From the NCBI RefSeq assembly GCF_018350175.1, contig NC_058368.1, positions 120,964,001 through 121,028,000 on the forward strand: a DNA stretch of 64,000 nucleotides. The letters are read 5' to 3'. The translations under genes were made by a program, and so were the position numbers. The notes under the pieces were generated by a model. The model made no database searches and was not told the DNA's origin. It saw only the letters and a list, made by a program, of their open reading frames with translations. This stretch comes from Felis catus (taxonomy: Eukaryota). This document shows positions 36,011 to 50,480 of the stretch, one piece after another (position 1 is the stretch's first letter; every line of letters starts with the position of its first letter).

Positions 36011-38480
36011 AAACTTTGCTATGTTAATTAACTCACTCCCTTTATTAAAACTTGGTGTTATACTACCACTTAATTTTGACAACAAAAATCAGTGTAAATA
36101 GCAGAATTCTGTCTATCTTCTCTTACATAAGCTTTTTATCACAGGTCAGGAACATTTTCCATTGTCTGTGCAAGAGCATATGGTCTGTAAATGTTCACTG
36201 GAATCTCACATTTATAGCAGACATTACTAATCAATCAGAAGGTCTTTTTCTGCTAAAACCCATGTGGGATTTCTTAAACCTTCTCATAACAGAGCTCCAG
36301 GAGTTATACCCCTTGATCAGCATAGACGTGTGAAATATAACCTATATTTCATGCTGAACCTAAGGAAATTGTTCTACAAGAGACCAGAAAATAAGTTATC
36401 ATAACTAGAAACGTAAGTGTAAACCTTATGAGGCACCACCCATAAGGTCTAGTCTTAGAACATTATTGCAAACAAAGAACTACACAGTACAGAAACAAAA
36501 GTATTAATTTTAAAATAACTCAAGTTCTTAATTTGCATTCTAAAGTACTCTGAATGGGATAAACTGAACTCAAGAATAATTTAAATGTTGACTTTCCTTT
36601 CCCTCCACTTCCTTCATATTCAACTTCTTCCATGGTTCACTTGTACAATCTTCAAAATATTTGTCACCCAGACTTGTAACAGACCCTTCTCACCCTTGTC
36701 TTACCAATTTCCTCTAATTTCGTATTATGAAAATGCAAAAAGCCACTGTGGAATGACATGGAAGGGGAAGTACCAAAAAAGGGTTAAATCAGTATCATCT
36801 TTAACAGCAGGGGGAGAGAAGAAATGTAAATTCTCACACTTTAGAAATTTTTGGATAGCTCTAGCTTATGATTTTAGGTCATTACATCTCCATATCTCTA
36901 CTTTGAGAATCAACATTTCCCATTATTGTGCTGGAGTTTACAAAAGAGTCCTAATAAGCCAAATCTAAAAGCAGCTTTGGCATAAGGAATGACTTTTTTG
37001 AAGCTAATACTCAGAATTCCCCACAGAGCCTGGGGTGGGGGGTGGGGGGAAGAACATGCCATTTCAAATGATGAGAGCTCATTTCTGCCTGTATAGCTCC
37101 TCTCTCTCATTTCTTCTTCATGTAATAGAAAATGTGGAGGGAGAGGAGAGAGACTGCTTGAGATAGTCACCCTTGATCTCAATCATTAAAGGCACCCAAA
37201 ATTCAAAACAAGTACAAATTCCATTGGCTTTTACCACATCTCAAAACAGGCAGGCTTTGGGCAATGAAAAATTCACTAAAAACAAGAAAAATGAGTGATA
37301 GGAAATAGAACCCATAGCCATCGTTTCCCTAATTTTAATCCTTTATAGTTGATCTTAATCTTTCCACTAATATACAGAACTTTTCTTCTACTTTTGGAAA
37401 ATAAAAATTTTCATACTGACATCCATTGTTTTTTTTTTTTAATTCTGAAACGTTTCTGGGATATGTACCTTACACAGCTTTGAACCTGAGGCTCACACAT
37501 CCTTCACGAGGGTTCTTTCTCTAGTTCAGGACATGAAGCACCATATTCTAAGAGCAAAGAGTGAGACAGAAGTCTAGGGTAAGTGCAGCACCAAAAAGAT
37601 CCCACAAGGTCAGAAACCTTTGAATTGGGAAGAATGTGCAGAGATTCTGAAATCCACCAGGCCTACTTGCAAAAAGACATTGAAATCAGCAACATGCTCA
37701 AGAGATCTCTCCCCACCCAAAGTTGTAGGCACACAAGGAAGACCAATGGCTGCACCCCCACACTTCAGGAGATAGCTCTCAGCTCCCCTTTATCCTCTAT
37801 CCTAAACCATCTTGTCATTTTGCTATCTTAAGTTTCTATCCCATTATTTAATAGATGTGTTTTAAGATTACTCCATGAAATGAGGTACGAATTTTACTGC
37901 ACAACCAAAGTCTATTTTTATAGCTCTTTTTCAGGCTATGTTAGTAAGGGGAAATTCAATTTCAGTAAAACTGAAGGGAGTCCCTTCCCTCCCTCACATG
38001 CTTGATGACATGGGCAGTTCAGAGTATTTGGGGAAGGGCTCTCTTTGGGGAAGAGAGTCTGCAGTAGTCTGCAGTATTAAGTTCATTAGATGTACATCAG
38101 TGTCTTTTGAGGGCAGATAACATTGCAGCTTTGCTGTGCAACTTGAGCACAGGACACTTGCTAAGAGATAGCTCCTAGCGACCAGACTCCTGGGTAAATT
38201 AAAAAAGGTCTCCCCTGTTTTTCCCTAGGGTGCTGAGAGACAGTGGACTACTTCTCTGCACAGTGGTAATTATCTCTCCATTTATAAAATACTCAAGGAA
38301 ATGTCAAAAATACCTTCAGGATATTCCATTACTAAAAAGGTCAAGAAGTTACTAAAACAGATGACTAAAATGGCTCCGTTTCATCTATCAAAATCTGGTC
38401 TCATTCTTTAACCTATATAGTTATCCACACTCTGTGGGAGGAAGAGGTAGAATGAAATATGAATAAAGATAGTGCCATTT

Positions 38481-39615
38481 CTCCACAGCCTCTTCTTACT
38501 GGACATGTCTCCAGAGGCAAGGGAAACAAAAGCAAAAATGAACTACTAAGACCTCATCAAGATTAAAAAGCTTCTGCACAGCCAAGAAAATGATCAACAA
38601 AACTAAATTGACATCAGATAAAGGGTTAGTATTCAAAATCGATGAGGAACTTCTCAAACTCAACACCAAAAAAACAAATAATCCATTGAAGAAATGGGCA
38701 AAAAACATGAATTAACACTTTTCCAAATATGACATCCAGGTGGCTAACAGACACATGAAAAGATGTTCAACATCACTCATCATTAGGGAAATACAAATCA
38801 AAACCACAATGAGATACCACCTCATACCTGTCAGAATGGCTAAAATAAACAACTCAAGAAACAACAGATGTTGATGAGGATGCAGAGAAAGAGGGACACT
38901 TGTGCACTGCTGGCAGGAATGTAAAATGGTGCAGACACTCTGGGAAACAGTATGGAGGTTCCTCAAAAAATTAGAACTACCCTATGACCCAGCAATTGTA
39001 CTACTAGGTATTTATCCAAAGGATACAAAAATACTGATTCAGAGAGGCACACGCACCCCAATGTCTATAGCAGCACTATCGACAATACCCTAAGTATAGG
39101 AAGAGCCCAATGGCCATTGACTGAGGAATGGATAAAGATATGGAGTATATATACAATGGAATATTACTCAGCAATTAAAAAGAATAAAGTCTTGCCATTT
39201 GCAACAACATGGATGGAACTAGAAGTATATTATGCTAAGTCAAATACGTCAGTCGGAGAAAGACAAGTATCATATAATTTCACTAACGTGGAATTTAAGA
39301 AACAAAACAGACAAACATAGGGGAAGGGAAGCAAAAATAAGATAAAATAGAGAGAGGACAAACCATAAGACAAACTGTTAAATACAGAGAACAAACTGAG
39401 GGTTGCTGGAAGGGTGTTGGGTGTGGGGATGGGCTAAAGGGGCAAGGGGCATTAAGGACGACATTTGTTGGGATGAGCACTGGGTGTGACATCTAAGTGA
39501 TGAATCACTAAATTCTATTCCTGAAATCAGTGTCACACTGTATGTAAACATACAATTTTGGGTTTAAGTTTTCAAAACAGATTTTTAAAAAAACTCTGCA
39601 ACGAAACAAAACAAA
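38481..39615 (+). mobile_element. 5'-truncated carnivore L1 (ORF2 C-terminus and 3'-UTR)
   Basis: [41 protein letters not shown]; 16-bp TSD aaagatagtgccattt at 38465-38480 and 39616-39631. Confidence 0.96.
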
Positions 39616-41497
39616 AAAGATAGTGCCATTTTCCTTTTCTGCCTTTTCAGAAATACCCAGTCAAAATGGAAACAGAGATGGAAAGAACATAAGGAGATAA
39701 AGCTCTCTGATGGCCCTCTAAGTGTTAACTGAGGAAAAATGACATCACTTCAGCATCAGATTACAATAGATGCTATGGTACAAGGATGGGAAAGGAAAGA
39801 AAAGATTGCTAACTAATTTCAATATTGTTCCTGGATGGAAAACATGATATACTGCCCAGAACAGAGGACCTTAGGTGTATTATATAAAGGTACTCACCTA
39901 AGGATAGCCATTACACCAAAATTCTAGATCTTCCCCAATTCCAAAAGATAGGAAGGAAAAAAAGCAAAGAAAGAACAGAATGAGAAAAAAACAAGCCAAG
40001 TCCATTGTTAAATACTATATATGTACTCACACATCACATCCTATCACATCACACCGCATAAAATGTGACACACTGCACATCAGTGAATGTAAATGGGATT
40101 AACACCCCTATGCATTATTTTCAGATTAGCTGAATTCAACACATCCCTGAGATATACTCAAATGAAACACATTGGGAAATATTAGAAGTAAAATGATGGA
40201 CATATAAGCACAAATCCTATATAAGATAAAATGGAAGAGAAAAGCCCGTTTATAAGAGCAGCAATAATACCATTGCCATAGTAACAATGCTACTTCAGCA
40301 AAATCCACCTGAGAAAATTGTAAATATTTCTGAAAGACACAAAAGTTGAGTTAAGCAAATACAAAGACTTTTCGTATTCTTGGCTAGGGAGAGCCAACAC
40401 CATAAAGTTGTCACTCCTCCAAAAATTTAATTTTTATACTTCATGAGCTCAAATTAAATGCCATCAGGTTTTTATTGTCCTTGAGGTAATGTTGATAATA
40501 AAGTTCACTTGGTAAAACTATGAAAAACATGAGAAATAGGAGAATAAGGAGGGATGAGTTTGATACAACATTTATTTAACCTATAAAAATGTTAGATGGT
40601 TTATTGGTGCATGAATAGACACAAAGACAAACGGGACAAATAAAAAATTCAGAGACAGACCTAATCATATATGGAAATTTAGCACTTAATTGAATTGATA
40701 TAATTGAATTTTTTCATTAATTCAAATTCAGCATATCAAATTAGCTGAGAAAGTACAAATATCTTACTAACTGCAGCCAGAATAATTTGTGACTCATAAG
40801 GAAAAAGGTAAAATTGGGTCCATTCTTTACTCTGTAAATGTCAGTATAAATTTCAGTGGGTCAGAGATTGAAAGGTAAGAATACTAAGCAAGCAATAAAA
40901 GAAAATAGAGATGAATTTTTCCCAACTTGGAAGCGGAAAATACTTTCCAGGACTCAAAATCTAGATGTCATAATGGTGAAGTTTGGCAAGTTTGATCCCC
41001 AAAATTTTAAAAATAAAAACCTTTGTCACTTTTTGCTAGGATAATGCATTCACATTTTAAAACTAAACAAGAAATACATCAATAAATGATAGAAAAATGG
41101 GCAAGAGATATGAACAGACAGGTCACAAAAAAAGTAATGTAAATTGCTCTTAATCCATATGAAAAGTTCAATCTTGCTCATAATAAAAGAAATGCGAATT
41201 AAGACCATATTTATCACTCAGGCAAAGTAACAAAAACCTAAAGGTTCAACAACCTACTCTGGCAAGATTGGAAGAATTAGGGATTTTCATATATTGCTAG
41301 TTTAAAGTGGAATGAAACCATGGAGAAGAAATTGGCAGTATCTAGCAAATTTACATGCCTTTACCATTTGAGAACTTCTAGAACTCCAGTCCAAAGGCAA
41401 AAATAGCAAAAGATATACACAATTCTGTTGCAGCATCATTTATTACAGGTGAAAATCTACAAAGAAACCAAATAGCCATCAATCACTAACTGAATGA

Positions 41498-41660
41498 GCA
41501 GTCAGCAAACTACAGCCCTCATGCCAAATCCACAAGTTTGTTTTTGCACAGCCTTTAAGAGTGGCCTTATACTTTTAAAAGGTTTGGAGGCAGGTAAGAG
41601 GGAGAAGGGATAAATACGTTTCTATCCTATCCTTACAGAAAGAAGTTTGCTGAGCCCCTG
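41498..41660. mobile_element. MER58-like hAT-Charlie element
   Basis: cagtcagcaaactacagccc ... aagtttgctgagcccctg terminal inverted repeats. Confidence 0.7.
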
Positions 41661-41844
41661 CCTGGATGAATCAACACAGTACATCCACCCAATGAAGTAG
41701 TACACTAACAAAGAACAAAGAACTAAATGTAATAACTGCAATGGACTAAAACATACAGGATCTGTTTCAATACATAAGTTGCTAATAACATTAAAGAAAC
41801 CAAAAAGACAACAATGCCTTGGTCATTCTGCTAAGATATTGGTA

Positions 41845-42242
41845 CATACTGAATGTTTGTGTCTCCCCAAAATTTATACATTGAAGTCCTAACTCCCAAT
41901 TTACCGCATTTGGAAATAGGGTCTTTAAGAAGGAATGAGGTTAAGTTAGGTCATAAAGGTGTGGTCCTGATCCAATAGGAGCAATGTTTTTATAAGAAGT
42001 AACCCCAGATAGTTCTCCCTCTCTCCCTCCATGCCGAGAGTCAGGAAAGGCCTGTGTGGACACGCCATGAGAAGGTGCTATCTGCATGCAACCAAAAAGG
42101 AGAGTCTCATCAAAATCTGAACTCTGCTGGAACTTAACCTTGGAGTTAGTCTTGAGCTCACGAACTGTGAGGAAATCAATTTCTCTTACTTAAACCACCC
42201 CATTTATGGTATTGTATTATGGCAGCCCACACTAATAAAGAT
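41845..42242 (+). mobile_element. MLT1A/B-like MaLR solo LTR
   Basis: ctgaatgtttgtgtctccccaaaatttat..ttggaaatagggtcttt..tatggtattgtattatggcagccc. Confidence 0.85.
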
Positions 42243-42542
42243 GTCATAGAACCAACTTATTTTCTAACAAGAAAATAGAGCAGAAAAGTCAAAGCATTTA
42301 ACCTGATTTTCATGAATAATCAAAAATTTATTATAGAAATATCCCAACTAATACATGAAGAAGAAATGATAAAGTAGAAGAATCACCATTTCTGCCATCC
42401 TTAATAAAATGAGGTTTCTAGGCCCTTATCATTAGTTGCTACCAATAAAAAGAGGGACAAGACATCATATGCCTCCAGATTCTAAAAAAAATATTAAGAT
42501 AATCTTTAAAAACCAACCAACCAACCAACCAACCAAACCTTA

Positions 42543-42748
42543 GGGGCACATGGGTAGCTGAGGTGGTTAAGTGTCTGACTCTTGATTTCAGCTCAGGTCA
42601 TGATCTTATGGTTCATAAGATCAAGCCCTAAATTGGGCTCTGCACTGACAGCACCAAGCCTCCTTGGAATTTTCTCTATCTCCCTCTGTCAGTCTGTCTC
42701 TCTCTCTTTCTCTCTCTCAACAATAAACTTAAAAAAAAAAAAAAAAAA
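42543..42748 (+). mobile_element. Can-SINE, preceded by a short (CCAA)n
   Basis: SINEC head, (CT)n, long A-tail. Confidence 0.92.
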
Positions 42749-43071
42749 GCTTTAATTTGAATAAGGCTTTAAATCTGGTTACCAATTTGTAGAAAGTAGA
42801 AAAAGAAATACTCTTAACCATACTATGGAAATAAATTCAGCAAAATTCAGACCATGGGAAATTCTAAAAAAATCACTGAAAAAAGTGACCAGATTTTTCA
42901 ACAGATTAATTACAAAGAAGATTTAAAAAAAAAAAATAGATCAAAAAAGACTTAAGAGACCTATCAATCAATTAAAATACATGGGCCTTGTCTAGATCCT
43001 AAGTCAAACCAATTGTGAAAAACATTTTTGAAACAAGTGAGGAAATCAATGTTTAAAATTATGAAATCACT

Positions 43072-43275
43072 GGGGCGCCTGGGTGGTTCAGTCAGTTAAG
43101 CTTCCAACTCTGGCTCAGGTCACAATCTCAGAGCCTCATCAGGCTCTGTGTTGACAGCTCGGAGCCTGGAGCCTACTTCGGATTCTGTGTCTCCTCTCTC
43201 TGTCTCTCTCTCTGCTCCTCCCCAGCTTGTGCTCTCTCACTCTCTCAGAAGTGAATAAACATTTAAAAAAATTTT
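43072..43275 (+). mobile_element. Can-SINE
   Basis: 16-bp TSD aattatgaaatcactg at 43057-43072 and 43276-43291. Confidence 0.95.
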
Positions 43276-46200
43276 AATTATGAAATCACTGATTGTGTTA
43301 GTATCATGATGTGATGATGATACTGAGTATGTTTTTAAAACATACTCCAGTTTTACATATTGAGTCTCCAGTTTTACATATTGAAATATTTATGGCAGAA
43401 ATGATGTCATGTCTTTGGTATTTTAAAAAACAATCTGCAAGTGGGGTGGTAGGGAGTCAAGGTATAAATCAAACAAAATCACCATGAATTGATCACTGCT
43501 GAATCTGGATAATGGATATATAGGGATTCATTATGCTATTCTACTTCTGAATATAATCAAAATTTTCCCTATGAAAATAGTTTAAATGAAATCAGAAAAA
43601 AAAAAAGTTAAAACGAGCACCACCACCACTCACCTGAGGCACTGGGGATAAAGTGTGATGACCAGTATGAATTCAGCATGAGGAAGATGGGAAACATGGC
43701 AATGTATAATCTTTTGAGGCATTAATTTATAATTGACTGCTATAGCAAAGTTTAAAGAGTACATGCTATTTTCTCTCACCAACATCAAGAAGGGAACAAA
43801 ATGTTTAGATTTTTTTCTTTTTTTTTTTTCACCTTAAAGGATAACTTACAATTTTTGTCTTGGAGAAACAAAAGCTAAAGTTGCCAAATTCCTCAAAGAC
43901 ATTTTTCTGCCTTGCCTCAGGCTTTTATAGTTGGTGGTGGGCATGAAGGGAGGTGAAACCCACAAAATGGAAGATTTCTCAGCCAAGGAAATAGAGAACA
44001 TAAGCTGTAGTCCTGGGAACCATGGCCAGACATCTTCAAACCCAAATTGAGCCACAAATATACAGAACCACCTACCTTCATGGGCCAAGAAGGGTTTGGA
44101 CAAGTTCATCAGTGGGGAGCAGTGTAAGGAGAGGTCTAAGGAGCTTTTCCCAAATGCAGAGAACTGCTAAGATCTACAGAGAGTTTTCACAGCCTTGTAA
44201 AGGGTTAGAAGCTTCTAGAATACAACTGAAATTATCTCTTCTAGAAAAATGCAGAGATCAGAAAAGGCAGTATAAATCAGAGAAATAAAGACGTGACTTT
44301 TCTTGTACTTGAGAATTATGCAAGATAATTCATGCCAACCACAGCAAATAGTAACTACAATTAAACCCAAAACAAGATTACTGTGTGTGTGGTTCCTTCT
44401 ATGTACGATTCCTAGCCTTTACCATCATCCAATGAGGAAACTGTCATTACTCCTCTCCCCTCACCCCTAGTTTGAAAATAGGCTATTGAGACTCACATTA
44501 AGAACTTTCCTAAGGTCTTAACTAATAGACTATAAAGCCACTTACCTGTCAGCACTAGACATAGCACTAAGCACATTGTTGGTACTAGTATATCTATTTC
44601 ATTAATTAATTGGCCAGTTCAACAATCTCTTACTCAAGGAGTTTTAAACTAATTATTAGTTGGTATGGTTTACTATGGATCACTCAAGTGACTGACCTAT
44701 TTAGTATATATGACTTAAGAAATCTACTACATATGAGACACTATAACCTTAGTGACAGCAAAATAAGACAGATACTATTCTCAACAAGCAACAATTCCAG
44801 GAGATAAGAGCATACAGAGAGATTGAAAGTGCAAAACACGACTTTGGAAATTTAGAGGAAGGAAATATCATGTTTACCTTGGGATACCAAGAAGAACTCC
44901 CTGCCCCCCCCCCGAAGAGACATGTGACAAGTAATTTTAGGTTCACAATGCCAGTTTGAACCGCCCAAATCTTGTTCATACTTTGATGAGGATGCCTAAA
45001 CAATTATACTGTGTATTTGACTGTCATTAACTGACCTAATTAATTCAAAACATCCCCACCTTCTCTCTTCTCAGATTTTTGCCTGAATTATATGGATAGC
45101 TTCATCAATTCTAGTCTTTATACAGGACAAGGAAACCCCCTTTTGCCCCCCAAAAAGGAAGAAATGAATGTCCACAGATGTTGCTCTCCTATGGACAGTT
45201 TTCATGCTGTGCTGACTCCCAAGAAAATATAAAATGGTTTAAGACTACCTATGTGTAAAAATCCAAGTATCTATGTGACTGCCTGACCCTTACTCTTGTT
45301 CGGCCAAATCTACCCCACCTATTGGAGCACCCTGGGAACAGGGTGGAGGCCTGAAATTATGTCCATATTACATGAGTCCCCACCACCATGGGTGGTTAGA
45401 TCCAGCCTGGTAGCTACTTTTGGTAGCTCAGATTGAGAAGATGGACATTTGGGAATTATGAATTGCCTTGCACCAGCATGAACATAGAACAAACAACTGG
45501 TTATGAGAGAAAAGGAAATAAACAAATATGAAAAAACAACCAGAAGCACTCATCTGTATGACCCAAAAGAGATAGAATTACCAAAAGGATAAATGCCTTG
45601 GCTCCTGATGACTTTTCTGCTCCTGGGTCTAATCCCTGAGATTCTTATAATAATTCTCCCTGGTTTGCCTAAGCTAGCCAGACTAGCTACCTACAATCAG
45701 AAGAGCCCTGATATTCATATGGGGCCAGAAGAAAAAAAAAATTATGTAACACAGATTGAACATGAGAGAAATCATTTTGTTCCATTAGGTGAAGCAAACA
45801 AAAGCAATTCCATTAAAAGGCAGAAGTTCATGAGATGTCACGTTCTGGCACTCAACAGCAAGCCCCGTGTGCTTTTACAGAAGACTATGGCTGACTGTGC
45901 CCCAGCTAGGACTGGGAAGGCACTGTGTCTTTCACACCCTCATGGTCACAGCAATTTGACAGCAGAGGCTAATGAATTCCACACTTGGACTTGGGATGCT
46001 TTTGCCTCCTTCAGCAATGGAGAAAGCCCAGCTGGCTTCTTCACTGAGGTACTGGAAAAAAAGCACGCAGGAGGAAGCTGGTTTCCCAGGTCAAAAACAA
46101 TTACTGAAAAATTCTATCCAGGAGCCACTTTCAAAAACACAGTGTGCAAAGTAGGCAGGAAACAGGGAGCTGTGAGCGAAAACTCAGAGTAGAAATTTTA

Positions 46201-48009
46201 TCTCTATTGGGAAAAAACTTTCCTCTTTCTCTTTGGCTTCTGCTTCCATGATGTGGCCCTCTGTCTTGTCTCTTTTCTGACTTTCCTTGGCTACCTATCA
46301 GGCTGTTTTGTCTTGTTTCCACCAGAAGATATACATTCTGGGTAGGATCCGCGTCAAGATCATTTCCACAGTTTCAAATTGCATGGCATAGTGCTTCGCA
46401 CAGAAAACATGCTCCATGACAAATGAAGAAAAAGCCTCTGCCACTTCCTATCTACATGATCTTGGAAATTTTTCTGAACTCTCCAACCCTGATTGATCAC
46501 CCTGAGTGATAATACTCCCTTCCGCTTGGCTAAATGACCATTGGGATGTATGTAAAGTGCACTCCATGATAAGCATACTACAGGTAGTAGCCATTACTGG
46601 CAGTGACTGGATCAAACTGTACCCTCTTCTCTCCTGCTTGTCATCACTGCCATACCTAATTTCTGTTTTAACCCAAGTGCCCCAGCAGCAGTGATTCATT
46701 CATTCTACCAGCAGAGGGAGCAAGGCCAGGTAGAAAGCACTAGCTACGGATGGTTAAGTAGAGGGTCAATGACCACATTGTGCCCAGCTTTGAAATGTGC
46801 AAAAATTACACCTGCTCATGCCAAATTACTAACAGCTTCTAAGTGCCTGATGCCACATTCATCACCATGCCCCAGAAAGATGCTGACCGAAGGTTTTCAA
46901 AAACTTCAAAAGACTCTTGAAATAATTGCATATTCATTAGGCAAATTAGTTCTAGATTATTTTTAAAACCATAACTTGGGGGGAAAAAAAAGACCAACAA
47001 AGAATTCAATAGAATTATGCAGGAGTTATGTTTAGAATATAAAAATGGAGAATACTGTTCATTCTTTTTGAAAGCATTAAATGATTGGGGGGGGGGGAGT
47101 AGAGGAGGGAGAAGGGAAACTAAAAATAAAAAGCCACTTATAGAAAAAAAATCTGTATGAAATTCAGACCATGGGAAGTATATAGAATTTCTCGATCAGT
47201 TTGTGTTACAGGAAAATGTACACAGTGTTCCCACCTCTGATGGGAAATATCACTGTGAAAATACTAGCCACTTTCATCCTAACATTACATTGGCTGGAGT
47301 AGGTGGTGGAAACAGTCTGATCCCTGCAACGAATGTCTGCTGCGATCATGTTCAATGAGGAGACACAACCTGGTAGGATAGACTGGGCTACATTTTTTTA
47401 GACTTCACTATTCCTAAAATAAGTGGCTTCCACTTCACCCATATGTGTTAAAAGAGCAGAGAGTCAGGAAAAGCAAGGCCACCAATGAGTCATCGGGTGG
47501 CTCACAGCTTCCTGCCTTAAAGCCCATTACAAAATGGAAGAACAAGATCTAAACCATGGGCTATGGCAGGGCTCATCATGACCAGCACAGCAAGAAGCGC
47601 AGATGCTGGTGTTCATCATGTGGGAAGGTTAAGGGAGGCACGCCACCCCTGAAGCCACATGTGGACAGCATTAAGGTACAAATTGAAGAGCCTGGCAGTA
47701 GGTTCCTGTTACTTGCCAGTGCCCAACAGAGGCTGTTCATTTCACCAAATGCAAAGGGCTGGCTGCCTTTCACCTGGCAGAGAAATCAAGAGGCTTGTTC
47801 CAAAACCAAACCCATCTTTCATGATTATAAGCACAGTGCTACATTAGGATTGTGGAAGAGATAGAAATTTTAAAAAATGATCCGACAATTAAATGTATGA
47901 TTACAAACCACAGCTAGTTCTATGGAGTACAGAGAGCCACAGAGAAAAATATGGGGCAATATTTACATTGGGGGAAGGAGAACAGGCAGACAAGATCAGC
48001 ATTTTTTGG

Positions 48010-48200
48010 CAGTATGGCATAGTGGTTAAAAACCCAGGCACTGGTGTCCGGAAGGTTTCAATTTGAACCCAATCCAGACCCGTTTCTAGCTCTGTGACTT
48101 TTAATTGAGGTAGGTCATTTTCCTGAGTTTCAGTACTCTCATTTGCAAAAACAGTACTAAGATTACCTAGATAATACCTAAAGATGCTGTGGTGTGAGCT
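48010..48200 (+). mobile_element. MIR
   Basis: ggcagtatggcatagtggttaa..ctagctctgtgac..ctcatttgcaaaa. Confidence 0.8.
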
Positions 48201-48282
48201 ATGTTACCTCCGATATTTATAAGCATTTATTATGTACAATTGTTATTGCCAGACATGGAAGTCTAAAATATATCACATCAGT

Positions 48283-48686
48283 GTATTAGTCTGCTAAGGC
48301 TGTCATGTAAATACCACAGACTGAGTGGCTTCAACAACAGAGACTTATTTGCTCACAGCTCTGGAGGTTGTTAAGTCCAAGATCAAGGTGTTGGCATGGA
48401 TGATTTCTCCAGCAGCCTTGCTCCTTGACCCGCAGATGACCACCTTCTCACCGGGCTCTCACGTGGTCTCTCCTCTGTGTACACACATCCCTGGTGTCTG
48501 TGTATCCAAATTCCCTCTACTTAGAAGGACACCGGCCAGATTGGATTGGAGCCCACTCTAGAGGCCTCATTTTAAATTAATCACCTCTCTAAAGATCCTG
48601 TTTCCAAATACAGTTGCATTCTGAGGTCCTAGGGGTTAGGGCTACAATATCTTCATTTGGACGGTAGACAATTCCACCCACAACAA
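48283..48686 (-). mobile_element. MLT1B/C-like MaLR solo LTR
   Basis: tgtattagtctgctaaggctg..aataccacagactgagtggctt..aagtccaagatcaaggtg..acaattccacccacaaca. Confidence 0.88.
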
Positions 48687-49839
48687 CCGATTTACCATGA
48701 AAGCTAACTGATCAGAAAACATGCTGCTTAACCGACCAGTCTCCAGTCAGAATAAATACAGATTGTATAGAACAAACACAGAGAATTGATGAGAATTGAT
48801 GCAAACAGGCTACTGTTACTGTTGTGATTACAACCATTCAGTGGGTTTTAGGAACACTGCCTTTACTCAGGGATACTGCCAGGTTTTCAGAGTGGTCCAA
48901 TGTTGCTTAGAGGAGAGTTTCCAGGAAGCAACGCACTCCTTGGCCACTGTCACCTCTTCCATCCTGCCTGCCCCTGGAATTAGGCAAATAACTGGAGCTT
49001 GTAAAAGCTACCCAGTGACAAGAGGGAGAGGACAACAGCTGCATAGCAAAGGAGAAAGAGAATCAAGGAAGACCTATATTTGAAGACAGAGTAAGATTAA
49101 GAACATTTAATGGAGAGAGGAAAACCACCATGAAAAAGGCTAAGACAGCCTGGGGGCAGGACACCTGAGGAGGCCTGTCTCCAGCTTTGGTTTGAGTCCC
49201 GGGTTTAGGACTCAGAACTTTCTCATGGTCACGAAGGGCTCCTGGCACAACTCATCCATGTTGCCTTGCTAAAAAGGTTTCTTTCTTCTCCTCTGAACCC
49301 AAATGGCCACCTTTGTTACCCTACTGTGCGGTGTCAGACTGAATATTGTAGAACTAAACCATATCACCTTCTTCTGCATTATCTCCTCATTCATTTCTTT
49401 CTCCTTGGTCAGGCTTTATTCGTCCTTCCTGTGCACAGTATTATGTCTCTTATTGATGCCTTCATCTCATCCTCATAACCTCAATAGCTCTCCTATTTTA
49501 TAGCTAAGATTTCGAAAGTTGCCAAAGGTCACACTAAAAAGTAAGAGCAGAGCTAGGACTTGAATCCAGATCACAGAGTAAAGCCCCTGCTCTGAAGCAC
49601 TATGGTATCCTGTGACCGTATATCCAGGACAGAGCAAATGTCAAGGCACCAAGCTTGGGGCCAGGTCATGACCAGCACCAACATGTCAAAGACAGATTGT
49701 AGCCATGCGTGCTGTTGGCACCACTAGGGCACAAACAGGTACCATGGGGTCTGAGGTCAACACTGAGATTTGAGGTCATGGTATTACGAAGAACTGAGGA
49801 TGCAGGGAAGCCTCAACATCTAAGAGCAAGGTTAGGGTG

Positions 49840-50480
49840 CAAGACAGGTGTGAAGAAAGTTGGGCTGTTCATCTTTGGCTCCTCCTCCCCTCCATTCCCC
49901 ACATCTAATTCATCACAAAATATTTGTTCCACCTCCCACATAGTTATCATTCTTTGACCTCTCCTCATCTTAATGACCACCCTCCTCAACCAGATGTCCC
50001 AGTTTGTCTCTCTGCTTCCAGTTTTGCCCCTCACACACTTTCACCATCCTGTCGCCAGAGTGTTCTTTCTGAAATGTAAATCTGATTCTACCACTTTCCA
50101 TCTCATAGGGCTTCCATAGCTCCCAATGGTCTTCAAGATGGAGGTGGTGGATGGCATGCTTTCAAAGCATTCAACCCTTTCTAACCCTGTTTCTTACTTC
50201 TGCCTTGTTTTCACTCTTTCATCAGTGTCCCTGATATAATACACAATGTTCTCTTTGTTTCCAGGTCTTGGCCAGTATTCTGCCTGCCACCTAGAGCACA
50301 TCTTCTATCACAATGCCTTCAAGTTTCAGCCTCGACAGAACTTCTCAGAAGCCTTCTCTGCAACACTAAAAATTTGGAAGATAAACGATCATATTGGAAG
50401 CTCCCCCTGCCCCACCCTTTCTTTCTACCCTCAACACTTACTACACAAAGGCAACTATAATCCTAATGATCTCACATCTG
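49840..50480 (+). mobile_element. L2 fragment
   Basis: gccagagtgttctttctgaaatgtaaatctgat..ttccatagctccca. Confidence 0.7.

Larger units (their letters stand above)
40060..43600 (+). mobile_element. Ancient L1M (L1MC/ME-like) fragments with nested younger elements
   Basis: A-rich degenerate ORF2/3'-UTR (gaaaaatgggcaagagatatgaacagaca..; aattggcagtatctag). Confidence 0.7.

Noticed and set aside
45593..46192. Longest ORF (199 aa) with a hydrophobic N-terminus
   Set aside because: No recognisable domain, promoter or splice context; one ORF of this length in 64 kb over six frames is plausible by chance. A BLASTP hit or PhyloCSF signal would overturn this.
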